A DNA stretch of 44,037 nucleotides from IMG/VR virus record IMGVR_UViG_3300044268_005809, positions 1 through 44,037 of that record. One strand, given 5' to 3'. A program made the translations under genes and the position numbers. The notes beneath the pieces were generated by a model. That model saw only the letters and a list, made by a program, of their open reading frames with translations, did no database searches and was not told the DNA's origin. Within the stretch, counting starts at the first letter, position 1. Every line of letters begins with the position of its first letter. Positions 17,530 through 26,821 of the stretch are shown here, piece after piece. The DNA comes from a virus (Duplodnaviria > Caudoviricetes).

Positions 17530-19421
17530 AAAAGTTCTGTGTATTGCAAGTAACTCCCTCAACTCCAAATCAAGAACACGTAAAATATTTTTCTAAAAAT
17601 CCTGATTGTGATTTTTATTTTGTTACGCATGATGAACAACACGAAGAAGCTTTAGATTTTTGTCCACAGACAACCTGGACAGACACCAGGAACATTTTAG
17701 CTGCTAAAGTTCCAAAAAACTATGAATACTATGCATTTGTAGATTATGATTACAATTTTAGACCCCTAGGAAATTTAAATCCTAGAGATCAAATACTAGA
17801 AGATCTAAATGAGTATAATCCAGCAGTATTAACATATTATCCTGGGAACGGGCTGATTACTCCGTATGCTAAAAATATTGAATATCGTGACAGTAGAGAA
17901 AGCTCTATTATCCCTTTTAGTCATTGTGGCATGAAGGTTGTCCATCACAGTTTATTAAATTGGTTTTTTCCCATGATTACAAAATTTGGAGGAGGTGTTG
18001 AAGCCTGTCATCTTTTTAATATTTTAGAAATACCATTTTTGAGATATGTTGTGTGTAGCCACAAAATGGTTTATGACAATGGGAATACCGATTTTGAAGC
18101 CCCCCATAATCAAGATGGAGCTTGGAATGATTATCGAATGAACGAGATGTGGAAATGGATAAGACCTGCGTTTAAACGAATTGATATTATTGATAAACAT
18201 TCACCCAATGAAAAAAAGAAATATAATTCTATGTTGATTAAGGAAGTTTTTCAAAATATAGCAAAAAATGGAAAAATACCTGTCAATAAAAATAAAGAAA
18301 TTACAAATTTCTTTGATAAATCAAAAATAGAAAAGTTCTTTGATTTACAACATGAACATTTTGATAGTATTGATGTTGATATATGTCAGCAACTATCTGA
18401 TGTTTCTAGTGAAGATTTTGATAAAGTCGATAAAGTTTTATTAAAGGTTTCATTTAAAGATCTAATAACAAATACCAACCCTTGGATCGATATAGCAAAA
18501 GAAGTTAATAAAAATATAAAAACAAGTAAAAAGTTAACAACATCAGAATGCGTTGCGCGTTATCAAAAAATAAACAATAACTCTCTTTTTTACAAATCTT
18601 GTAATACTGATCAAGGACTTAAAGAGTATTTGAGCGGCAAAAAGGTGGCTTTTGTAGGTCCCTCCCCTTATTTGAATGGACAAAACAAAGGAAGAGAGAT
18701 TGACTCATACGATATTGTTGTCAGGATTCAGCATGATATATTAAACGTGGATGATTACGGAAGTCGCTCTGATATAATTCAAAGTTGTTTAAACTCAAAT
18801 TACGGTCCTCCATTGGTAAATCACTTAAAAAATGTTAGTGAAGATAAAAAACCTAAATTTGTTATTTGTAATGATACTGCCAGTGAATTAAAAGATAATG
18901 GTCAATGGGCGTTTGTGGATGAAGTGTATGAACCAATCTTTGAAGAGATGAATATTCCACTAATTCACTTAAAAAATAAAGATGGAACTTGGGATAGGTG
19001 GGCACTTTATTGGGAAATTTATGCCAAACAACATATTGAAAAGTTTGCAAAAGGCTCTTATACCACTTATTCAGCAAATTTTAATTCTGGATATGGTGCT
19101 TTAAACGTACTGATGTCTTATCCTCTTGATGAATTGGCTGTATTTGGGGTAGATTTTTACAATACAGGTATACCTCAAACAAATGAGCAAAAATACAATC
19201 AGGCTTATATAAATACTTATGGAAATGAAGGTCGGCATTTAGGACCAGACAAAATTTTACATGATCAAATATCTCAAATAATGCACTGTAAAAATGTTTT
19301 ATTAAAAGATAAAAGATTTAAATTAGATCAGACAATATATGATAAAATAATGGATGACGATATGGAAAAAAGAATAGATAAATTTATTCAACTTCCTAAA
19401 TTTAAAAACGAAACACGATGA
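17526..19421 (+). CDS. two-domain glycosyltransferase: N-terminal GT-A-like plus C-terminal GT29 sialyltransferase-like
   Basis: N-terminal FVDYD. C-terminal VAFVGPS...GREIDSYDIVVRI...DYGSRSD (sialylmotif L-like) and SGYGAL...LAVFGVDFY (motif S-like). Confidence 0.65.
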   Translation: MKKFCVLQVTPSTPNQEHVKYFSKNPDCDFYFVTHDEQHEEALDFCPQTTWTDTRNILAAKVPKNYEYYAFVDYDYNFRPLGNLNPRDQILEDLNEYNPAVLTYYPGNGLITPYAKNIEYRDSRESSIIPFSHCGMKVVHHSLLNWFFPMITKFGGGVEACHLFNILEIPFLRYVVCSHKMVYDNGNTDFEAPHNQDGAWNDYRMNEMWKWIRPAFKRIDIIDKHSPNEKKKYNSMLIKEVFQNIAKNGKIPVNKNKEITNFFDKSKIEKFFDLQHEHFDSIDVDICQQLSDVSSEDFDKVDKVLLKVSFKDLITNTNPWIDIAKEVNKNIKTSKKLTTSECVARYQKINNNSLFYKSCNTDQGLKEYLSGKKVAFVGPSPYLNGQNKGREIDSYDIVVRIQHDILNVDDYGSRSDIIQSCLNSNYGPPLVNHLKNVSEDKKPKFVICNDTASELKDNGQWAFVDEVYEPIFEEMNIPLIHLKNKDGTWDRWALYWEIYAKQHIEKFAKGSYTTYSANFNSGYGALNVLMSYPLDELAVFGVDFYNTGIPQTNEQKYNQAYINTYGNEGRHLGPDKILHDQISQIMHCKNVLLKDKRFKLDQTIYDKIMDDDMEKRIDKFIQLPKFKNETR

Positions 19422-20059
19422 TTGTATTTGTACCAATTAAGCACAATTCTCAAAGAGTCCCAAGAAAAAATTTTCGCATTTTTGATGGTGCTCCTCTTTT
19501 TAAAAGAACTTTGATAAAATATAAAAAACATGATGTTTTTGTAGATACTGATAGCGAAGAACTAAAATCTTTAATAAAAACTGATGACGATTTAAGAAAT
19601 GTCAACATTATTGAAAGAAAAGAGCATCTAAAAGGTGACAAGGTGTCTGTTTGTGATTTAATAAAAAGTTTTATTATAGATTTTTCAATAAATTGCCCCA
19701 TTGTACAAACTCATGTTACAAGCCCTTTTTTAAGTGAGAAGACAGTAAAATTAGCTAGTGATTATTTAACTGAATATGATTCTGTGGTTTCATGTAATCA
19801 ATTAAACTCTAGGTTGTGGAGAAAAGAAAAGTATGGATATTGTCCGGTAAATCATAATCCAGTTAAGATGGAACAAACGCAGGATTTGCCTCCTTATTAT
19901 GAAGAAAATTCAGCGTTTTATATTTTTAAGCCTGAAGTTATTATAAATCTTAATAGTCGTATAGGGACTAATCCGTTTTTCTATCCAATTGATAAAATAG
20001 AGAGTGTTGATATCGATAATGAAGATGATTGGAACTTTGCAATCAATTTAAAAAAATGA
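19418..20059 (+). CDS. acylneuraminate/ulosonate cytidylyltransferase (NeuA/KdsB family)
   Basis: VPIKHNSQRVPRKN, VDTDS, THVTSPFL, TQDLPP.Y.ENSAFY, VDIDNEDDW. Confidence 0.9.
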   Translation: MIVFVPIKHNSQRVPRKNFRIFDGAPLFKRTLIKYKKHDVFVDTDSEELKSLIKTDDDLRNVNIIERKEHLKGDKVSVCDLIKSFIIDFSINCPIVQTHVTSPFLSEKTVKLASDYLTEYDSVVSCNQLNSRLWRKEKYGYCPVNHNPVKMEQTQDLPPYYEENSAFYIFKPEVIINLNSRIGTNPFFYPIDKIESVDIDNEDDWNFAINLKK

Positions 20060-20066
20060 GGAAAAA

Positions 20067-20870
20067 ATGAATATAGAAGTATACCATAACAAATGTAAAA
20101 ACGAAAGCCTTTCAGAGAAGTCGAGAAATATTCGCATAGAAGAATTTAGACAAACATCTAAAAGATTCATTGAAACTAACTTCTTCCCAGAGAATATGCT
20201 GTCTTACTTTATAAAAACAGTGACAAAAATAAATAATAGATTACAAGGTAAAAGAAACATTTGTTTTTTTGACATTGGAACTGCCGAAGGTGTTTATGCC
20301 ATTTCAGTTATGCAAAAAACGAAAAAAGCCAACATTGTGTGTTTTGAACCCGAAGAGCCAAGAAAAGTAGTGTTGTTAGAAAACATAAACAAGTGCTATG
20401 AAAAACTTCCCGACTCTACAGATGACACTGAATATAATATTGATATATATGAAAATATTGTTAGTGACGGTGCTAATAGTACAGAAAAATTAAGACATTA
20501 TGAATGTTTATCCTCCGGCGGCGGCGCAGGAAGCAGTACAATAGTTAAAGTAGATCGACCAAATAGAAAATCAATTGATGTTGAATATGATGCTTTAAAA
20601 TTAGATGACTTTGTAGATAAATTTGATTATGTAGATTTGGTTAAAATTGATGTTGAGGGTGCAGAATGCAAGGTTATAAAAGGTGCGCCTTCTTTCATAG
20701 AGAAGTTTAAGCCATGTATTTTTTTAGAAGTTCATACGGGAGCAAATTACGGCTCTGTCTCCATTGAAGATATTAAAAAAATAATTAAAAGCGACTATGT
20801 TTACACTCTGATTGATTCTCATGTTGGATTAGAATATTATCTATTGACTCCTAAAAAAAAGGATGAATAG
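20067..20870 (+). CDS. FkbM-family SAM methyltransferase
   Basis: FFDIGTAEG, CFEP, LDDF, LVKIDVEGAE..VIKG, PCIFLEVH. Confidence 0.88.
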   Translation: MNIEVYHNKCKNESLSEKSRNIRIEEFRQTSKRFIETNFFPENMLSYFIKTVTKINNRLQGKRNICFFDIGTAEGVYAISVMQKTKKANIVCFEPEEPRKVVLLENINKCYEKLPDSTDDTEYNIDIYENIVSDGANSTEKLRHYECLSSGGGAGSSTIVKVDRPNRKSIDVEYDALKLDDFVDKFDYVDLVKIDVEGAECKVIKGAPSFIEKFKPCIFLEVHTGANYGSVSIEDIKKIIKSDYVYTLIDSHVGLEYYLLTPKKKDE

Positions 20871-21799
20871 TGTTGAAAAATTTAAAAATATTTATAGTAA
20901 CTTATAGAAGAACTGGCATTTTAAATAAAACTTTAGATATTCTTTTTAATAAAACAGATTTTATATCTATACCAAACACCGAGGTAAACATAATTAACAA
21001 TCATTCTGAATTTTTTCTTGAAGAGGAATTTAAAGACAAAGTTAATGTTATCCACAATAATACTAGACCCGATTGGGATACAGGAAATCTAGCTCGTAAC
21101 TGGAATGAGGCATTATTGCACGGATTCAAGGATCTGAACAACCCAGACTCTAAAATTGTAGTTACCATGCAAAATGATATTGTTTTGCACCCCAATTGGG
21201 CTACTAATTTATTAAAAATGCATAAAAATTATAATTTTGTCACTGGTCAACTAGGAGACAACATAATCAGTTATCGACCTGAAGCTGTTAAAAAAATTGG
21301 TATGTGGGATGAAAGGTTTCTGACTCCTGCTAATAAAGAGGCTGATTATTATATTCGTGCTCTTATTTGCAACAAAAAACATTCTTTAATAAACGATAAA
21401 ATTCATGGTAGACTATTGAATGAACAAGATGCGTTACCACTTGATACTTCCAACTATCAAGGAGGAGAGCCAGAGTGGAGAAAGATAAAAAGTAACGATG
21501 TCTCAAAAGAAGGTTGGTATCACACTTCTCAAATATTCTATTGGAAATGGAAAGATACATGGAAAGAGCAGCCAAAATACTATGGTTGGTTAACCAAATG
21601 GTCTAAAGATTTTATTGAAAATCCTCCATCGTTACCAAAAGAACCCAACTTTGTTCAATATTATTATTTTGAAAAAGATATAGAACTAAAAGATAAAAAT
21701 TATGTAGGATGGCGCAAAGGTGATTTATGGCTAGATGCCAATAAAGAGCTTGATATTGATGTTCATCCATTTATGCCAAATAGGAGATTTAGAGATTGA
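20870..21799 (+). CDS. GT-A (GT2-like) glycosyltransferase
   Basis: IVTYRR, LARNWN, MQND, KIGMWDERF....EADY. Confidence 0.75.
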   Translation: MLKNLKIFIVTYRRTGILNKTLDILFNKTDFISIPNTEVNIINNHSEFFLEEEFKDKVNVIHNNTRPDWDTGNLARNWNEALLHGFKDLNNPDSKIVVTMQNDIVLHPNWATNLLKMHKNYNFVTGQLGDNIISYRPEAVKKIGMWDERFLTPANKEADYYIRALICNKKHSLINDKIHGRLLNEQDALPLDTSNYQGGEPEWRKIKSNDVSKEGWYHTSQIFYWKWKDTWKEQPKYYGWLTKWSKDFIENPPSLPKEPNFVQYYYFEKDIELKDKNYVGWRKGDLWLDANKELDIDVHPFMPNRRFRD

Positions 21800-23166
21800 T
21801 TAAACTTATTATATTTGATTTGGATGGTGTTCTAGTGGATGCTAGAGAATTACACTATAATGCACTTAATGAAGCTTTAGCTGACATTGATCCTCAATAT
21901 GTTATTGAAAGACAGGAGCATCTTTCCACATATGATGGTCTATCTACTTCTAAAAAATTGTCCATGTTAACAAATTCTAAAGGTCTACCAGAAAAATTGC
22001 ACAACTCTGTATGGAAGCTTAAACAAGAGAAAACTCTTAAAATCATTAACGAGTTTGAAAAGGACGAAAGAATCTCTAAAGTCTTAAAAAAGTTTAAATC
22101 TGAAGGATATAAAGTAGCTTGTGCAACAAATTCTATTAGAGATACAGCCAAATTACAGTTAATCAGAAGAGGGTTTTTTGAACATATTGATTTTCTTTTT
22201 TCTAATCAAGATGTCACAAAACCTAAACCCGATACTGAAATATACTTGCGATGTATGTTAAAAGCTGGTGTGGGACCTCATGAAACAGTTATTGTAGAAG
22301 ATTCTCATATTGGCAGAAAAGGCGCTATCAATTCAGGCGCTCATCTTTGTGCAGTAAAAAACAGCAGTGATGTAACTTATGATAAAATAGCTAACACCAT
22401 TTCTAAAGCAAATGGAAAAGACTCTTTAAGACCTAAATGGCAAGGAGGAAAAATGAATGTTTTAATTCCTATGGCAGGCGCTGGATCTCGTTTTGCCAAA
22501 GCGGGATATACATTTCCAAAGCCCCTAATTGAGGTGAATGGAAAACCAATGATTCAATTAGTAGTAGAAAATTTAAACATCGACGCTCGTCATATTTTTG
22601 TGGTTCAGAAATCTCATTATGAAAAATACAATCTGAAGCATCTTTTAAATCTGATCTCTCCAGGTTGTAAAATTGTTCAAGTAGATGGAATGACTGAAGG
22701 TGCAGCATGTACAACACTCTTGGCAAAAGAATTTATTGATAATGATGAACCTTTAGTATTTGCAAATTCTGATCAATTTTTAGATTGGGATAGTAATGAA
22801 TTTATGTATTCTATGGAAGCAGACGGTGTTGATGGAGGAATTTTATCTTTTACTGCCACCCACCCAAAGTGGAGTTTTGCTAAATTAGATGAAGATGGTT
22901 TTGTGTCTGAAGTTGCAGAAAAAAAACCAATTAGTGATATTGCAACAACTGGAATCTATTATTGGAAACACGGTTCTGATTATGTAAAATATGCAGAACA
23001 AATGATAGAAAAGAATGTTAGGTTTAATAACGAGTTTTATGTCTGTCCAGTGTTCAATGAAGCCATAGGTGCAGGCAAAAAAATCAAAACTTTCCACATT
23101 GATGGAATGTGGGGGTTGGGAACCCCTGAAGATTTAGAAAACTATTATAAATTTTACGGGAAATAG
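21796..23166 (+). CDS. HAD phosphatase fused to BcbE-like nucleotidyltransferase/GT-A domain
   Basis: IFDLDGVL...KP...VEDS..G (HAD). LIPMAGAGSRF..AGYTFPKPLI...TEGAACT...NSDQ...NEFYVCP...LGTPEDL. Confidence 0.88.
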   Translation: MIKLIIFDLDGVLVDARELHYNALNEALADIDPQYVIERQEHLSTYDGLSTSKKLSMLTNSKGLPEKLHNSVWKLKQEKTLKIINEFEKDERISKVLKKFKSEGYKVACATNSIRDTAKLQLIRRGFFEHIDFLFSNQDVTKPKPDTEIYLRCMLKAGVGPHETVIVEDSHIGRKGAINSGAHLCAVKNSSDVTYDKIANTISKANGKDSLRPKWQGGKMNVLIPMAGAGSRFAKAGYTFPKPLIEVNGKPMIQLVVENLNIDARHIFVVQKSHYEKYNLKHLLNLISPGCKIVQVDGMTEGAACTTLLAKEFIDNDEPLVFANSDQFLDWDSNEFMYSMEADGVDGGILSFTATHPKWSFAKLDEDGFVSEVAEKKPISDIATTGIYYWKHGSDYVKYAEQMIEKNVRFNNEFYVCPVFNEAIGAGKKIKTFHIDGMWGLGTPEDLENYYKFYGK

Positions 23167-23167
23167 T

Positions 23168-23863
23168 ATGAAACTTAAAGAACTTGAAATAGTTGATATC
23201 TCTCAAGCCCTCTATGATAGCTTTAATGGCTTTATTTTAAGCCCCGATACAAAAGTTTTTGGCAAACTTTTAGCACGATCTTTGTTGGTCAATCAAATTA
23301 AAGACATTCCAGGAGACATCGTAGAGTGTGGCGTTTTTAAGGGCACCGGCTTGTTTACTTTTCTAAAGTTGAAAAGGTATTTGTGTCCAAATTCAGGTAA
23401 AAAGGTTGTTGGTTTTGATTTTTTTAATTCCGACAAGCTTATTGAGAGTTTGGCTGGCATCGATAAAGAGGCTATGAAAACCTTGTTTGAGCAAAGAAAT
23501 TATAAACATGGCAGCAGTCACGTAGAGGCATTTAATGATTTTATAAAAAAAAACGGATTTGAGGATCATGAATTTGAATTAGTACCAGGCGACATAACTC
23601 AAAGTGCGTATGAATATGCTGCAAGTCGTCCTGGTTTTAGAATTTCTTTATTGTATATTGATTTGGATTTAGATGTACCTACTTATGAGACATTAAACGC
23701 TTTATGGGATCGAGTTTCTAAAGGTGGAATTATAGTTTTTGACGAATACGGTTTTCATAAGTGGTCTGAAGCTTCTGGGGCTGATCGTTTTTTTCAAGAC
23801 AAAGATGTAGAAATAAAATCATTAAATTATATTTGTCCAACAGCATATGTGGTGAAAAAATGA
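23168..23863 (+). CDS. TylF/MycF-family O-methyltransferase-like protein
   Basis: PGDIVECGVFKG, GFDFF, LLYIDLDL..PT, GGIIVFDEY. Confidence 0.82.
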   Translation: MKLKELEIVDISQALYDSFNGFILSPDTKVFGKLLARSLLVNQIKDIPGDIVECGVFKGTGLFTFLKLKRYLCPNSGKKVVGFDFFNSDKLIESLAGIDKEAMKTLFEQRNYKHGSSHVEAFNDFIKKNGFEDHEFELVPGDITQSAYEYAASRPGFRISLLYIDLDLDVPTYETLNALWDRVSKGGIIVFDEYGFHKWSEASGADRFFQDKDVEIKSLNYICPTAYVVKK

Positions 23864-24282
23864 TCTTAATATCTCATCGTGGAAACCTTAATGGTAGAAT
23901 TCCCGATAAAGAAAACTCACCTTCTTATATTGAGTCTGCTATTCAAAAAGGTTTTGACGTTGAAATAGATGTGTGGTATAGTAATGGAAATTGGTTTTTA
24001 GGTCATGATGAACCTCAATACCCTATTAACATAAATTTTTTAAAAAACTCTAAATTATGGTGTCATGCTAAAAATATTGATGCACTAAAACATATGTTAA
24101 AAAACAATATACATTGCTTTTGGCACCAAGAAGATGAGCACACACTCACGAGTAATGGTTGGATATGGGCATATCCAGGAAGTAAATTAACAGAAATTTC
24201 TATTGCGGTAATGCCGAAAAACAAAATAACAGAAAATTGTGCTGGGGTGTGTTGTGATTATATACAGGAATATAAAAAATGA
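23860..24282 (+). CDS. short glycerophosphodiester phosphodiesterase/PLC-like protein
   Basis: ISHRGN...ENSP...GFDVEIDVW...LGHD...WCHAKN. Confidence 0.8.
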   Translation: MILISHRGNLNGRIPDKENSPSYIESAIQKGFDVEIDVWYSNGNWFLGHDEPQYPININFLKNSKLWCHAKNIDALKHMLKNNIHCFWHQEDEHTLTSNGWIWAYPGSKLTEISIAVMPKNKITENCAGVCCDYIQEYKK

Positions 24283-24965
24283 AATTAGCGTGGCAGCAAA
24301 TACCTCACTATACTATATCTGAAATCTTTTGCACTTCAGAATTTGACGGAATAGTTCTAGATACAGAGCACGGGTGCTTTAATAACGAGTCCCTTTACAT
24401 GTGTATTCAAACAATTACATTAAAAAATAAGAAGTGCTTTGTGAGACTTACCGAAGTTAATAAAACAATGATTAGATATTGTTTAGACGCAGGTGTTGAT
24501 GGTTTAATTTTTTCAACAGTTGAGTCTGTAGAGCAAAGCGAAAATATTCATAATTATTGTAATTTTCCTACTCAAGGTGGAACACGAGGGTTAGGCTTGG
24601 TAAGGGCAAATTCTTGGGGAAAAAACCCTAATTTAATAGGAAAAAAGCCTCTACTGGTCGCTCAAATAGAAAGTGAGAAGGGGGTTTCTAATTTAAAAGA
24701 TATAGCAAAATTTAATTTTGATTATTATCTTATTGGACCTTACGATTTATCAATGAGCATGAAAATACCACATCAGTTTGATGATGAAAAATTTATGTTG
24801 AAAATCAAGAATATACATGATATTATAGGTGAAGAAAAATTAGGTATCCATATACCAAGTGAAATTGATGGACAAATAAATAAATATAAAAATTTTGGCT
24901 TATTAGCCCTTGGTATGGATACAACAATGCTAATTGATAGTCTTAAAAAACTGGAGAAATATTAA
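24279..24965 (+). CDS. HpcH/HpaI-family pyruvate aldolase
   Basis: VLDTEHG, LDAGVDG, GTRGLG, VAQIES..GV, IGPYDLS.SM. Confidence 0.9.
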   Translation: MKLAWQQIPHYTISEIFCTSEFDGIVLDTEHGCFNNESLYMCIQTITLKNKKCFVRLTEVNKTMIRYCLDAGVDGLIFSTVESVEQSENIHNYCNFPTQGGTRGLGLVRANSWGKNPNLIGKKPLLVAQIESEKGVSNLKDIAKFNFDYYLIGPYDLSMSMKIPHQFDDEKFMLKIKNIHDIIGEEKLGIHIPSEIDGQINKYKNFGLLALGMDTTMLIDSLKKLEKY

Positions 24966-25934
24966 ATGCTTGATATAGAAAACTTATCTAATAAATTTTT
25001 TGAAATTGTTGAATCTGAAGAGTGGAGACAGCTTCAAGAAAAATACAATATGTGTGATGATATTTATGTGCTTGGTCATGGTGGTAATATGGGTGTTGCT
25101 GATCATACTGCTGTAGATATGACGCGCCTTTCAAATGGAACTAAAAACGCCATGTGTCCTGGTAGTTGTGTTGTTGCAACATCTCTTATCAATGATACTG
25201 ATTTTGATCAATGGATGGTGGCTTGGCTAAAACAAAGAACATCCACAAGAACAAAAGAACAAATGTCAAAATCATTAGTTTATGGTATTTCTTCATCTGG
25301 AAGATCAAAAGATGTCAATAAGGCTCTCCAGTGGGCGTCTGATAATGGTATGCAAGTATCTTTAGTGACTGCGGTTCCGATTGTCGAAGAAATTAAAAAT
25401 TTGTCACAAGTTGTTCTTGGTGTAGAATATTACCATACAGCAGAATGTTTAAGTTTGCTTTTGCAATATCAACTAACACATGGCTCTGGAAAAGAATGTC
25501 CGCCCATTGGAAAGAACACACCAGGAGATCTTGAAAAACTAAATTGGAATAAAGGAATTAGAGAACATTCTTATCCTGACGAAGAAATTAACATTGGCGT
25601 AGATTTTGATGGCGTTATTCATAAGTGCTCAAAGGGATATCATGACGGGACAATTTATGATGATCCTGTAGAAGGTGTCCATGATGCTTTAAAAGAGCTT
25701 TCTTCTAAATTTAATATCGTGGTATATACCTGCAAAGCAAAACCAGATCGTGGTTTGGTTAATGGAAAATCAGGTACGCAATTGGTTTGGGAATGGCTAG
25801 AAAAACATAACTTGAAACAGTATGTTAATAAAGTAACTGCTGAAAAGCCAAGAGCAAAGTTTTATATTGATGATAAAGCTATCAGCTTTACAAGCTGGGA
25901 AGAAACTCTGTCAGCTTTAAATAAGGGAGAATAA
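24966..25934 (+). CDS. SIS (GmhA-like phosphosugar isomerase) domain fused to HAD phosphatase
   Basis: VLGHGGN..VADH, TSLIND, GISSSGRS (SIS). GVDFDGVIH...YIDDKA (HAD). Confidence 0.82.
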   Translation: MLDIENLSNKFFEIVESEEWRQLQEKYNMCDDIYVLGHGGNMGVADHTAVDMTRLSNGTKNAMCPGSCVVATSLINDTDFDQWMVAWLKQRTSTRTKEQMSKSLVYGISSSGRSKDVNKALQWASDNGMQVSLVTAVPIVEEIKNLSQVVLGVEYYHTAECLSLLLQYQLTHGSGKECPPIGKNTPGDLEKLNWNKGIREHSYPDEEINIGVDFDGVIHKCSKGYHDGTIYDDPVEGVHDALKELSSKFNIVVYTCKAKPDRGLVNGKSGTQLVWEWLEKHNLKQYVNKVTAEKPRAKFYIDDKAISFTSWEETLSALNKGE

Positions 25935-25937
25935 GAT

Positions 25938-26222
25938 ATGGAAATTAGTTCTAAATATAAATTATCAAATCAGGCAGTGGGAGCTATTATGTTGGCTCTA
26001 CAAAAAGGAATTCTTGAACAAACAGACATTACACATATTTTAAAAGATTTTGAAATTTTAAATTCTGTTGATGGATTGATTGTAAATAATCCTCCTACCA
26101 TTTCCTTACAAGAGGAAAACAATAAAGAAGTTGTGACCCCAAAGAAGAGAAAAAAGCGAACTACAAAAAAGAAGACAACAAAAAAGCGAACCACTGCAAA
26201 AAACACAAACGAAGATGCCTAA
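25938..26222 (+). CDS. hypothetical protein with Lys/Thr-rich basic tail
   Basis: GGGAG RBS. C-terminus KKRKKRTTKKKTTKKRTT. Confidence 0.7.
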   Translation: MEISSKYKLSNQAVGAIMLALQKGILEQTDITHILKDFEILNSVDGLIVNNPPTISLQEENNKEVVTPKKRKKRTTKKKTTKKRTTAKNTNEDA

Positions 26223-26472
26223 ATACACTTATTACTGCAACAAATGTAAAATATCATATATAATATCTCATAGATTAAATGAGATACATGATGTTTGCAA
26301 TAGTTGTGGAAGTGACAAATGCTTAAATAAAATTCCAGCTTCATTCAACTACTCAAAAAAAGTTGAAAAAGAAAGTGCAGTTGGAACATTAGTCAAAGAA
26401 ACAATAGAGGAATCGAAAAAGGATATCGAAGAAGCAAAACAAAGTTTAAAAAACAGAAAGCATGAACATTGA
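26215..26472 (+). CDS. FmdB-family zinc-ribbon protein
   Basis: MPKYTYYCNKC...CNSCGS. Confidence 0.8.
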   Translation: MPKYTYYCNKCKISYIISHRLNEIHDVCNSCGSDKCLNKIPASFNYSKKVEKESAVGTLVKETIEESKKDIEEAKQSLKNRKHEH

Positions 26473-26821
26473 TTTATTACATATTATTTTAAGCTTAATT
26501 GCTTTATTGTTTATTGGAATTTCTGCGGTATTATATTATTACGTTCGCACAAAAATAATCCCAATAATTGTTTCCTCTGAAGAGTCGGCAGAACTCTTCA
26601 CTAGATTGCAAACATACGCAAGTCATCTCAATACCGTATATGAGTTGCCAACTTTTTATGGTGACGAAACCCTACAATCCCTATTAGACCATACAAAGGA
26701 TTTTTATAACTTTCTCGGTAGATACGAAAACATATATTCTTTTACTCAACCAGATTTAATAGAAGTTCTTAACAAGGTTGATGAAGAATATGACAAAGAA
26801 GAAGCGGAAAAAGAAGAGTAA
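26462..26821 (+). CDS. membrane-anchored hypothetical protein
   Basis: N-terminal hydrophobic helix IILSLIALLFIGISAVLYYYV. Overlaps neighbours. Confidence 0.7.
   Translation: MNIDLLHIILSLIALLFIGISAVLYYYVRTKIIPIIVSSEESAELFTRLQTYASHLNTVYELPTFYGDETLQSLLDHTKDFYNFLGRYENIYSFTQPDLIEVLNKVDEEYDKEEAEKEE

Noticed and set aside
11407-25934. Bacterial O-antigen/capsule locus (window being a cellular chromosome)
   Set aside because: No wzx/wzy/wzm/wzt or housekeeping context. It is flanked by phage-type nuclease, gp55-like sigma and baseplate genes with similar gene packing.
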